Shown here in pieces: positions 46,345 to 59,670 of a DNA stretch of 64,000 nucleotides (position 1 is its first letter; every line of letters begins with the position of its first letter). A program made the position numbers and the translations under genes. The DNA is taken from assembly GCF_009914755.1 (NCBI RefSeq), contig NC_060931.1, one strand, 5' to 3'. Source of the stretch: the human T2T-CHM13v2.0 reference genome, Homo sapiens. The notes under the pieces are model-generated. The model was not told where the DNA came from, ran no database searches, and saw nothing but the letters and a program-made list of their open reading frames with translations.

Positions 46345-46753
46345 TGTCTTAGTCTGCTTGTGTTGCTATTAAGGAACACCTGAGGCTGGGTAATTTATAA
46401 TGAAAAGAGGTTTATTTGGCTCACAGTTCTGTGGACTGTACAAGAAGCATGGCACTGGCATCTGCTTCTGGTAAGGGCCTCAGGCTGCTTCTACTAGTGG
46501 TGGAAGGTGAAGTGGAGCTGGTTGTGCGGAGATCACATGGAGGGAGAAAGCAAGCAAGAGGGGGCTGTCTGGCTCTTTGAACAATAAGCTCTCCCAGGAA
46601 ATAATAGAGTAAGAACTCACTTACCCCTCTCATGGAGGGAAGTAATCTATTTGTGAGGCATCTGCCCCATGACCCAAACACCTCCCGTTAGGCCTTGCCT
46701 TGGGATCACATTTAAACATGAAGTTTGGAGCAGTCAAATATCCAAACAATGGA
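46345..46753 (-). mobile_element. MSTB-like MaLR LTR
   Basis: tgtcttagtc...ctgaggctgggtaatttata...gtacaagaagcatggc...ccccatgacccaaacacctccc. Confidence 0.85.
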
Positions 46754-46799
46754 TAAATAGATTAGATGGGTGGATAGATAAGTAAATGCAATGCTATGA

Positions 46800-47670
46800 A
46801 AAGTTTGCATTCAGAACATACAAAGAATTTCTAAAATCAATAAAAAGGAAAGATAACTCAATAGAAAAAAATGAACAAAAGACTTGAACACGCATGTCAT
46901 ATAATAGGCAATTCAAATCACCAACATATTGAAAGACACTAACCTTTTTTTGTCATCCAGGAAATATAAATTAAAACCACAGTGCAAAATCACTTCCATG
47001 GACCAGAATGAACTTAATAAAAAAAAGATGAAAGTGCCGAGTGTTGGTGAGGATGTACAACAACTAGAACCAGAGCTTTTGTACATTTCTGGCAGGATTG
47101 TAAATTGATACAAACTTGTTGGAGAACCATATATCAGTATTTACTAAAGTTAAACATACACCCACTCAATTTTACCCATGGAGAGATACTAAATGGAAAT
47201 ATGTACATGTGTTGATGAAAAGACTTGCACTAAAATGTCTGTATTGCACTACGTAACCTGGAAACTAGACTAGGGCCCATCACCAGTAAAGTGGGTAATT
47301 ACATTGCGGTATATTCCCATTTAAATATTGTATAGCAATGAGAATCAAAATATGGATGACTCTCACAAACAAATGGTTAAGCAAATGAACCTCAACAGAA
47401 AAGATGAAGTACTGTTTAGTTCCAGTTATATAAAGCATAATAACAGAGGGTGGTGGTCTGTGTTGTTAGAAGTCAGGAGAGGGGACTCTCAGGGCAGATG
47501 GCAGTGACTGGCTGGTAAAGGCATTTGGGGGCTTCTGATTTGTTGGTGATGTACCACGTCTTCATCTGAGTGCTGGTTCCATACACACGTTCAGTTTCTG
47601 AACATTCATTTAACTTCTTGCTCATGAAATGTACACTTTGCTGTAAGCGTGCTGGACTTCAAAAGTTTTA
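46800..47670 (+). mobile_element. Old L1M 3' fragment
   Basis: aaaagacttgaac...gtgttggtgaggatgt...gttagaagtcagga...cttcatctgagtgctggtt. Confidence 0.65.
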
Positions 47671-48275
47671 AGAAGAGATGGGGAAAACGCAGACTGAGAA
47701 TCATCCAGGGAACTGACAGAAACCATTTATTTTAGACAGACAGCCAAATGTGTGTGTGTGTTAGCTATGAATCTTTGAATGTAATGATATTGCTGAATCT
47801 ACATGTATATGCTTAGTGATAAAGAAATTGAAATTATGTAAATTTCTGAAATGCAGAAGGTGAAGCCTTGCTGAGGAAAGGGAGGAAGTGAGAATATTTT
47901 CTGTACTATGTGCTCTGCCTCATTGCTGATTTACTGATCAGATGATTGAATTATTCTTCCCATTATACAGATGATGCAATGAGGCTTTAGAAATGAAGTG
48001 TTTTGGCAAGGCTTGTGTAGGCTGGTAAACTATGAGACTAATAAGTGATTCTGTACATGACATTAAATCCCATTCTTGATTCATTCTCCAAAGCAATCTT
48101 CTTCAAGCTACAAACAAGTATTTTACTGATTATTTTGTTTAGTGGAAATATCCAAACATTTAGATGTATAAATTAAACAAATGTGTCTCTAATAAGACAC
48201 TAAAATTATGGAATATCAAAGTAAACTAGTTTTATTTCTTAAAGATGGGTAATTTAAAAGCCACAGTTTAAAATT

Positions 48276-49430
48276 AATATTATTTTAATTGACTAATCAT
48301 AGTTGTATACTTTTATGGGATACAAAGTGATGTTTTGATATCTGTATTCAATGTGCTATGATTAAATCAAGCTAATTAACATATCCATCATTTCACTTAC
48401 TTACCATTTTCTGTGAATCTTTTGAAGTTTACCCTTAGCTATCCTGAAATATACAATAGAATATTAATAACTGTACTCAATTTGCTGTGCAATAGATCTC
48501 ACAAACTTATTTCTAACTGAAACTTTGTACCCTTTGACCAACATCCCTCCATAGTACTCCCCAACCTCCACTCCCAGCCTCCTAACAACCATTTTACTTT
48601 CTACTTCTATGATTTTGACTTTTTTGGATTACATGTATCAGTGAGATCATGAAGTATTTGTCTTTCCATGTATGGCTTATTTCATGAATTATGTCTTCCA
48701 GATTCACTCATCTTGTTGCAAATGATACAATTTCTTTCCTTTTTAAGGCTGAATAGTATTCTGTTGTGTATATACCATATTTTCTTTACCCATTTGTCCA
48801 CTGATGGACACTTAGGTTGATTGCATATCTTGAATATTGTGAGTAATGTTGCAAAATACACTGGTTGCAAAAACACTGGAGTTCAGATATCTCTTTGATA
48901 TATTGATTTCAATTTCTTTGGATATATACCCAGACGTGGGATTGCTGGATCGTACAGTAGTTCCATTTTTGGTTTTCAAACTAAAAAGCTTCTACACAAT
49001 AAAGGAAATAATTAACAGAGGGAAGAGACAATCCATAGAGTGGGAGAAAATATTTACAAACCATACATCTTCTAAGAGGTTAATATTGAAAATAAATAGG
49101 GAACAAAATTCAATAACAAGAAAACTAATAACCTGATTGAAAAATGAGCAAAGGATCTGAACAAATATTTCTCAAAAGAAGATGTACAAATGACCAATAG
49201 ATTCATGAAAAAAATCTCAGCATCACTAATCATTAGGGAAATGCAAATTATAACCACAATGAGATATCACCTCATACTCATTTAGCATTTTATCAAAAAT
49301 ACAAAAGATAAGTTTTGTTGAGGATGCAGAGAAAAGAGGAGTCTTGTACACAGCTGGTAAAAATGTAAATTAGTACAACCATTACAGGAAGCAATATGGA
49401 GATTTCTTAATAATCTAAAAATGAAACTAC
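48276..49430 (-). mobile_element. L1MA (MA7-9-like) with 5' inversion
   Basis: Antisense 3' end at 48276-48975, then sense-oriented ORF2 piece at 48976-49430 (tcaaactaaaaagcttc...ctaaaaatgaaactac). Confidence 0.8.
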
Positions 49431-49584
49431 ATTTTTAAAAATTTGAAGAAGTTGAGAAAAAATACATATTCTGAGAAAAAAATCAGAAAGCAGTTTGCAT
49501 ATAGTTGCTCATGTTTCATATATTTTCATACAAAAACAGAGTTTTCTAATGAAATTAAAAGAATGACACACTTTTATGGTATTT

Positions 49585-49785
49585 AAATTTTTATTTTTAA
49601 TTTTTGTGGTTATATATTAGGTGTATATATTTATGGGGTACATGAGATATTTTTGATACAGGGATGCAATGCATAATAATCACATCAGGATAAATGGGGT
49701 ATTCTTCACCTCAAGCATTTATCCTTTCTATTACAAACCGCAATTATGCTCTTTTTGTTATTATAAAATGTACAATTAAATTATT
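49585..49785 (-). mobile_element. L1MA1-3-like 3' end fragment
   Basis: ggggtacatgagatatttttgatacagg...cacctcaagcatttatcc. Confidence 0.75.
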
Positions 49786-49999
49786 ATATATAAATAACAA
49801 TTTATATCCTAACATAAATGACCTCCTAACCACCAAACCCTGTATATGTCTCATATTTATGGTATATATGGATATTTATGATTTACATCTATATTTATCA
49901 GTATGTATATATACATACTGATGTATGTATATAATTTATGTCATATATGTAGGAAAATGCAAGGAGCTATACATACATCAGTATGTATATATATACATT

Positions 50000-50457
<458 letters not shown>

Positions 50458-50472
50458 TTATATGCTGAGAAG

Positions 50473-51480
50473 TGTTATGGGAAGTCAGAGACCCTGAACA
50501 GAGGGACCAGCTGGAGCAGTGGTAGAGGTTCATAAATTGTGAAGATTTCATCTTAATATGGACATTTATCAGTTCTCAAATAATACTTTTATAATTTTTT
50601 ATGCCTGTCTATACTTCCTGTGAGGTTGGGCAAAAAGAGCCATATTTTTCTTCTTGCAAAGAGCCTATAAACAGACGTGCAAGTAGGAAAGATATCACTA
50701 AATTCTTTTCCTAGCAAGGAATATTAATATTAATACCCTGGGAAAGGAATGCATTCCTGGGGGGGAGGTCTATAAACAGCAGCTCTGGGAATGTCTGTCT
50801 TGTGCAGTTGAGATAAGGAGTGTGATAAGCCCTGGTCTCTTGCAGAACCCTCAGGCTTACTAGGGTTGGGAAAACCCCACCCTGGTAAATTTGTGGTCAG
50901 ACTCGTTCTCTGCTCTTGAACACTGTTTTCTGTTGTTTAAGATGTTTATCAAGACAATATGTGCACCGCTGAACATAAAACCTTATCAGTGGTTCTGCTT
51001 TTGCCCTTTGCCCTGTGATCTTTGTTGGACCTTTATCAGTGGTTCTGCTTTTGCCTTTTGCCCTTTGCCCTGTGATCTTTGTTGAACCCCTATCAGTGGT
51101 TCTGCTTTTGCCCTTTGCCCTGTGATCTTTGTTGGACCCTTATCCATGGTTCTGCTTTTGCCGTTTGTCCTGTTCCCTCAGAAGCATGTGATCTTTGTTA
51201 GACCCTTATTAGTGGTTCTGCTTTTTGCCCTTTGAAGCATGTGATCTTTGTACCTACTCCCTATTCTTACATCCCCTCCCCTTTTGAAGCCTTTAATGAA
51301 AACTTGCTGGTCTGAGACTCAGGCAGCCATCACAGTCCTACCAATATGTGATGTCACCCCTGGTGGCCCAACTGTAAAATTCCTCTCTTTATACTGTCTC
51401 TCTTTATTTCTCAGCCGGCCGAAACTTATGGAAAATAGAAAGAACCTATGTTGAAATATTGGGGGTGGGTTCCCCCAGTA
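50473..51480 (+). mobile_element. MER11 (HERV-K HML-8) solo LTR
   Basis: Starts tgttatgggaagtcagagaccctgaac and ends gggttcccccagta. 6-bp TSD gagaag/gagagg. Internal tandem repeats of about 50 bp. Confidence 0.9.
50981..51252 (+). repeat. Five roughly 50-bp tandem units within MER11
   Basis: Unit ccttatcagtggttctgcttttgccctttgccctgtgatctttgttggac. Confidence 0.9.
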
Positions 51481-52559
51481 GAGAGGGAGAAGACGTAAGA
51501 ATCTCTTAGTTGTGAGATGATTCACACTGCTTTCTATGATTTATTCTAAGACTGAGGTAGACATTTCCTCATTTCCTACACACATCCTCTTCTAGGTCAC
51601 CCCAAAGCCCATAGTCTTTCCACTCCACATTTTTTCCTTCCTTAGTTTTAGTTCCCTTCCTGTGAAGTTTCTCTCTCACACCATAACACAGATGGCATCC
51701 TTGTGTCTCCACACTGCTGTTGGAACGTTTTTATGCACTATCATTCATTTATGTCATATATGCAGGAAAATGCAAGGAGCTGTCTTGTCCATCTTGTGTC
51801 TGTCACTCTCTTTCTCTCTCATGATCTTCAAGCATCCTCCCTGCATAGGGCCTGTCTCTTCTGCCTACAGACATTGCATAGTAAATGCTGTGTCCTGAAG
51901 GAGCCCAATCTTTGCTTACAGTGACATCAGACAAATGTAATTACAAAGGAATTCTAAGCCTTATTAGCATCTCATCCTTACCAGAGAAGTCACAGCTATT
52001 GCAGCATTTCCCAAAATTCTCTACCTTCTACCTCAATTCTTGTATTCTCAGCACTTGTTCTTCTATGAAGAACTCAAAATATTCTTCCTGAAGCATTTCC
52101 TCCCTCTCCTCTGCCCCAGCACTGCCTCCAGCTTGCAGGGATTCCCAGGGTTCTGTCACTTGAATGTAGCATGAGGTGGCTCCTTTTTAACTTGTGGGTA
52201 GAGTCACTTTGAGATGGCTGATAATTTTGTCTTTTTCTCACTTTTTTTTGTCTGATTTCCATGGAGAATAGAGATTTGAAGAATTAAATTCTCCACCTTC
52301 CACCATAAAAAATTATCCCCTCAAACTTTCTATCACTCTACAATTGGGAAATACCCTTACTGGCCTCCAGCTAGTAGTTCCTCCCTCTTCCTACCTTCAC
52401 CCCTTCCCAGTATACACTTCATGTTCCCCCTCACTGCCCTCTCCAGCTCACTCACATGGCATCCTTTCTAGCCCCTCATCTGGTTGAAGGATTTGTCCAC
52501 AGCCTCCTCTTGCTACTGCAATATATAACTTGCCCTTTGGCTTCTGGGACACTGGGTTG

Positions 52560-53175
52560 TCCTGGTAGTTTTTCTTCTCTGACACATTCAATCAGGAATT
52601 ATTTTTCCTTTTCCAGCTCACCTTCCTTTCTCTTCCTACTTCCTAAATATAAGAACCACAACTGTTCTTCTCTCTCACACACATTGCTCCAATGTCTGCA
52701 TAAGTAAATATCATCCTTTTTGAGAGTAACTTATTTTTGTCTCTGCCTAATTTCTGTTCTCAAATATCAGCCTGGAAATCCCACCAACTAATAAACATCT
52801 GGCTATCACGTCCCTCTAGCCCTGCAAACTCAATGTGACTAAAACTGAGCTCATCATGTTCACCCTCTTTGTTCTTTCCTCTCTGTGCCTATTTTCTACT
52901 GACAGCACCATTTCAGTCATCCAGCTTTGAATGGTTTCTGATTCTTTCATATTTTCTCCAAATATTTGACCAGTCACAAATCTGCAATGGTTGCATTTTA
53001 GCATATTCCTCCTGTTGAGTCAGTTTTTCCATGCTACCCTGTGTAGCCTCCTTCCCTCCTGCAAGGTTTAGAAAATCCTAAAATCGGCCCCCACACTCCC
53101 CATCCTCAGGTGTTCTGCTCGTTGTTGCCACTTTAACGTTTCTTTATAACAGTTCTAATTATGTTACTCCTCAGC
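52560..53175. mobile_element. L2 fragment
   Basis: caaactcaatgtgactaaaactgagctcatcat, a typical L2 3' region motif. Confidence 0.55.
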
Positions 53176-53184
53176 TCCAAGCCT

Positions 53185-53560
53185 TTGCAGTAGGTCGAGC
53201 ATCCTGCAAAGCAGGCTCTGAGATTAGTGTGCAGGATGCTTATTAGGGATCAGCACCATGGACAGGTTGGGGAGGGCAGGAGAGAGTATGGGGAGGAGCC
53301 AAGATGCAACACAGGCTGACACCAGCCTTGGACGGCCTGCAGGGAGCTCTGAATCTAAAATGGCCCTTCAGAGTTGTCTCCTATTGGGCTGAGAAAGCCA
53401 GACATTTTTATCTCCACCCTGGTCAGTCACTGATATTCGGTGAGGAGCCCTGCAGCTCAGGCAATCCTTCAAGGGGCTGACAGCTGGAGGCTCTGCCTGC
53501 TCCCTCCTAGCACAGTTTTCATTGCAGGGTTATCTGGGCTGTTCATCCGAGTGGACACTA
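53185..53560 (-). mobile_element. LTR33-like ERVL LTR
   Basis: caggctctgaga...gtgtgcagga...cagggagctctg...atggcccttcagagttgtc. Confidence 0.6.
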
Positions 53561-56500
53561 GAGTTCTCAAAGGCTCCCTATTACCTACAGGCTACAATTC
53601 CAGCTCCTTAGCCTGAAATTCATGAGTGCCCACCACCTGTTGCAAATAGCCTTCCAGTTTCACTTTCCAAGTCTCTACTTTTAAAGTCTTTGCTGCCATC
53701 ATGTTGAGCTCATTTCATATTCCTTCCATATGATATATACTTTTTTATCTCTGTAATTTACTCAGGATTGCCCACTATGCTAAAACTCTCTAGTTAATCA
53801 TTTCATTATCTCAAAAATCACCCTATCTTTCAAAGTTCATCTCATGTGATCTTCTGTCCAAATTCCTCCCTAAAATTCCCAGCTTGAAATTGTCTGTTCT
53901 TACTCATATCTCCAGTTAAAACTTTTGTGCATCTTGGGAAAATACTAATAACAAGATAAATGTCTCTTGTGTTCACTACCATTATCAGCCTTGTCATTTT
54001 GCCATTGCATTGAACAGGGGGCTCTGTTTCCCATGCTACAATGAGTGCTGATCAATCTCTAGTTCCATGAGTCCTTGATGCCCTGTTCCTCTAACAAGTC
54101 CAAAAGCTCATTGTATTTAGCCTGACATAACTTTGCATGTTCAGTAGTATGCAGTCCAATGCTTGGCATAGAGGAACCAATGAACAGTAGTTTTCTGAAT
54201 GACTAAATGTTTAAATAAATATTATCCAACAATGTGTCACAATATGGCTTTCTCTCGTTATGCTATTGGCTTGGTAGAAAATAACCCTTGATGAATTACT
54301 GAGAAGCTCTAAGAAGGTGTGATGGAATGTCACATTTTAAGTTTGTAATCTTCCATAGCGTTATACACTTTTATTACAGGCTTCACGAAAACAACTGTAC
54401 TTTCAGAAATAAAATTTGAGCATATCTAAATGAGTTCCACCTTTGTCAGGAGGGAGCAGATATGGTCCATTATAAAGGTAAGTTTTTCTTGCAGCTATCC
54501 TGTGTGCCCTGAGACAGTGAGGATGGAAAGTTGGGGAGAATATACATGTGGAGACAATTGTGTTTTAATTGCAGTGTAGAATCTTCCTAGTGTAATGAGT
54601 GGAAATATCCTTTCAATTTTTAATATTTAAATCCTACTGCTCTTGCTCAGAGAATCTTTGGAGTTTTCTTGAAGGAACAAACAACAGCTTAATTCCTTGA
54701 GCACAAAGAACACATTTAATTTGAGAAAGTCTGTTTTACTCTTTGTTCTTCAGCCTGCAAACTCCCCTGTTTTTCCTCCGAGAAAGAGAGCTTAGAACCT
54801 GCTAGGTAAGGTGCTAAGATGATTAATTAATAGGAAGCATGTGGAGTGGGGAAGGTGGATTAAAAATCAGCTGGAAGAGGGATAGGCTCTAAGTTAGCAT
54901 TAGTAAGTTTGTTTTGTACAGTGAAGTGAAAAATAGCATGCATCAATTATGCATGCTATTGCTGCATTCTTATGCAGCAATGAGCTTAATCAAGTTTATA
55001 CCACTGTAAACTGTAAAAAATGGCTTATTTTTCTGTGGGAAAAATTCATCATTTCTCAAGGTACAAACATATCTCTAAAATCTCCTTTGATCCTCTGGAA
55101 TTTTTCTTCATGTTCACAAGGAAAAGATGATTTTTGCTTCAACTAATCCTTGCTTCCATTTCTTCCTTCAAAAAGGCTTTTTTTGCTATTCTGATTAATC
55201 AGTTATGATGCTGAGCATTTTCTTAATAGAATAGGAAATCCTGCAAATAATAGATCATTAGAACAACACAAGTCCACTTTATCATTTAATGAATCCTCAG
55301 GACAAAGAAAAAAACAATATAAATTTAATTTAATCAATTTTCCAGATTATAATTTGGTATTGCCCTTAACTATAACAAACTATTTTTATAAATTCTTTAA
55401 AAATCACTTTATCTTGTGTTTTCAAACAGCCAAAAATATGAGCAATTTACAACTTCTTCTCTTCTTTAGTGGTGGAGATTATAAAATAGCTACAATTAAT
55501 GCGATCATTAGAAAAGAAAAAGAAAAGAAGACTTACACAGGGCCAAATTATATCCCAAGCAGGTTTTAAGCAGCAAGTAATTAGCACAGGGAGATTGGTA
55601 CTCTTATGTCTTTAATTACAGCTTCAGCAACCTGGGGAAGCAAAAGCCTCTCACCGTGTTCCAGGGAGCCACAGTGGAGATTGCCATCCTGTGAATTAGG
55701 AAGTGCTTAAGTGTAATGCCAGCCTAATCCCCTGCATTGTAAAGTGGGCTGGCAGTGCAGTTTTGCTCCATCATTCAAAACTACATGTGAGGTAACTTTA
55801 AATGTGATTCACTGAAAAATCTATATTGGTAAAAGACTTTATGTAATGCCAGTATTTATTTGTAAAGCTGGGAGCACTAACTTTTACTAGTCCATGTACT
55901 AAGTCAAAAATATTAAAACATAAATAGATGACTTTAAATAGACCAAATACTAAAAATCTTACAGAATTGTCTTGAAATGGGGTAACATGAGGATGTATCA
56001 ATAAGGCATATACACATATGCATATGTATAAACCTATATATATACACATACATATATACATGTATCTATATAAATGCATAATAGCTATAAAAGATACATT
56101 AATATGAAATCCACTTTGCTCTAACCTCTTTGTGCTGGCTTGTTAAGACACAATCTTTTGTCTGAGTTTCACTATCCATGAGGACAGCCTTCCTTTCCCT
56201 TTTCCTCCCTCTTCATCTGTCCATCTCTCTCAGCAAAACAAATATTTTTACTTTGACATTGGGGATGCTGTTTACATTATGTTTTATAGTGGTATTTATG
56301 TCTTCCAAGTTTTGTTTATAGATTGGTTCTCAATGTGAAAAACTGATTCACAGTTTTTGCACTATTATTTCTCCAGTTGATGAAATGAAAAATATGAGAC
56401 TTAGAGCTGAAAATAGAAAAACCAAAATAATAATCATTGAAAATTGTGAATGAGCAGGGCAGTGTTCTACATAAGCTAAATTCCAATCTTTTATAATATA

Positions 56501-59500
56501 ATTAGCAGGTATTGTATAACATTGATAAACAAGATATGGGTTCAAACATAAAAGGAAGATAGAAAGCAATCATGGGTCTCTGGTACTTGGTTTTGGAAAG
56601 TGCAGTAAGGGAGAAGGAATGGGTGAAATGTCCACCTTCCACTACTTTTTCTGTAAACCCTTTGATATGATTTTGAATTCTACCAGTTGCATCTATTTTT
56701 TCCTGCATAAAATAATCAGTGGTAGGTTAGATGAGAGGATGAAGAGGCAACTTCTTGGAGGTTTGTGTTTGCATCCCTTCCCATTTTCTCCTTCATTGCT
56801 CATGTACCTTTGGCGCTAAGTGACAAAGGACGGACACATACTGGCCCCATACTTTAGTGACACATCCCTGAGAGATCAGAGAGGGCAATGGACAGCTTCT
56901 TTTAGTCATTGCTACATTAAGGTGCTACCAAAAACTCAAGCGAACATGGAAGATACTGAAAGATATTTAAATATATCACTCCAAGCCCAAATTCAACTTT
57001 CCCTAATCCACTTTCCCTTAACCAAAGTCCAAAAATTCCCACAGTAACTATAATGCCTACAATGTGAAGGGAAGTGTGAAGAAGGAACATCAGAGTAGAA
57101 AAGCAGAACCTCAACTCAGAATAATCAATATATTATATTTTGACAAATTTTAGGAAACATACGGGCATGTCAGCAAGTTGCTAGGATCCACCCCAGGGGG
57201 TCTTGGAAGGAGCCATACAAGTGAGACCTTCTGAAGTGCCAGCCTCATTGGCTTCAGTAACTCTGCCAATGGAGATCAAGGGCAAGAATTTATGGTCATA
57301 GTGGGAAAGGAAGTGCAGAGAACACACTGATTCAGACAGTTTTATGTGTCTGGGAAAAGAGCAAAAAAAGTTTTTGAAGAATTTTTGGTCTTCTCCAACA
57401 AGTTGTCACAAAACAATAATCCAGTGCCTTCTCTGTTATACATCCAGATAACAGAATATCTGCTACTATGTACAGTTTGCTCTTTGCTACTAGCTTTCAT
57501 ATACAAATTGCAATTTCTTCAAACATTATTGCTTACTGCTCTGACTTAAGTTAACCAAATTTTGATTTTCATGTATCAGGTACAAAAAAATCATTTCAGT
57601 TTATTACGGAACTTGCCAGGCAATGTGTTAGTTTCAGCAATTGTTCGGTCTTTGTTAAGCAGATTGTGCAACTACACAAAATTTCACTGCAGTGGCTTTC
57701 CAATCTTATCTAGAAGAGGAAAGATAAGACTTAGAGCATCACCTTGTGCTGGTGGTGGTGATATGGGGTTCCTGGGACAAGGGAGGTCTGAGCCAGTAGG
57801 GATCCAGTCAATTGCCACCAGAGCCATTCAATGATTACTTGCTCTCTGGGCTACCGTTTCAGGCACAAAAAATCAGAGGTAGATTCAGTCTTCTATACAC
57901 CTACACTGTATTGTTATTAACCCATCCCTGGTTAAGGCATTTAATATGGGCATGTCTTCATTGCAGATTATACTACAGTCAACTGCAGTGCCTATATTGA
58001 TTAAATCCTGGGCTAGGATATTTCCTTTGAATGGTTGTGTGACTTTGGGCCTGCCACTTTACCTATTTGGCCTTCAATTCCTAAGATCTGAAATAAGAAA
58101 CTATGAAGAATTGATTTTAAGGCCTCACGTCCATCTCTGACATTCTGTCTCTAACCTTTGGTCAATGTCTTATGCCCAAGTAATGTTCTCTAACATAAAG
58201 TACAGTATCTTCCTTGCATCAAGAGTCAAAGAACAAAATAAAGACTAGGGGTTTTATTTCAAATCCTGAGTACTCATTGCTTCTTGGAGCATATTTCCTA
58301 ATTAGTAGAATGCTGTTAATGATATGTAATCCATATGCATATTGAGGGTGCCAAATGAAGTGACAGTGTAATGTGCCCAGCACAACCTCTTGTTCCTTTG
58401 TTTAATTATTAGTTATCATCAACGTCGTCATCATCACCATTGCTTTATTGTACCAATCAACTTAATAATTGTTCTCCAGTACAAATACAGCTGAAGAGAA
58501 CAGCAGATCCTGTACACGTCAGCAATAGAAGACAAAGGGTTTGCCCAAGCAGCTGGGCAGCCATAATGCAGACGTCTTTATGCCCGTGTCTCTAGTCATC
58601 CTTGGGAATGCAAATAAAGATAAACGAAAACCACTTCCTTCCTGGGCCTGAGGAGCTAACTCATCTGTGGAAATGAACTTCCATTCTCTCTGACAATTAG
58701 TTTCACTCTAAAATATGATAATTCTTTGAAGTCGCACCAAGAAAGGAAATACGGCATGCTCCATGTTAAGCGAAGGAAATATACAGTGCTGCCTGAGACA
58801 TTAATCTCATTTGCTCTGCACCTGATTTTTCACTGTTAGAATATTGCAGCAAAGCTCTGTGCTAAATCTCAAGCAATTTAGCTCGGCAAAGTAGATTAGT
58901 TAGAGCCAATGCAAAGCTCTACCTCATAACTTTCAGTAAAAGTGATACTCAGATATATAGTTTGAGGCTTGAACTGGAAACTGAGACGTTCTGCTTTTTC
59001 AGCTCTAAGAATATTAGATGCTAATAAAGGCAAGTGAAACAGGTACCTGTGGCCTGGACTCTTACTCTGAAAACATTTAAATCTTAAATAACTTTTATAT
59101 AGTCAGTGCCATTTCTCCCAAAGGGAAATCTACTGTGGAAAGGGCTCATGAAAAATAAGTTGGATGAATGGTGAGAAGATTGTTATATACATCTATTTGT
59201 TGCTGCAAACATGCTTTTTCCAGGAACTCTCTTCCAAGACTTAACTGAGCTAGTATTGAATAGTGAGGCTCCATATGAGACTCCTCTGGAACTTGGGTGA
59301 ATTCGCAGCCAAGAGTTTTATCAGAATCTTTCACTGGTTAACACCTGGCTTATTGTCCTCTGCACCACCTCAAATCCTCCTCTTCCACCAACCACTGCTG
59401 CAATAACTAAGGCCATGCAGGTTTTGGCCATTTTTGTACAGAAGCATCTAATGCCTTGACCCTCAGGCCTGCACCATATGGCCCTCACTTTATGCCTCAG

Positions 59501-59670
59501 GCTTCTCTGACTTCCAGGATGGGTTACTCTGGGAACATACCCTAGTGCCTGTGGGGCCCACTTTGCTACAGGTGATGGAGTCGATGGATAAAGGACAGTT
59601 CTTAGCTACTGTGTCACTTTTCATTGGATGGCCTGGCTGTGCCACAGGACGGGATATAACATGAGAATGG

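Noticed and set aside
50981-51252. Regularly spaced repeats superficially like a CRISPR array
   Set aside because: Head-to-tail units without unique spacers, inside a MER11 LTR in primate DNA
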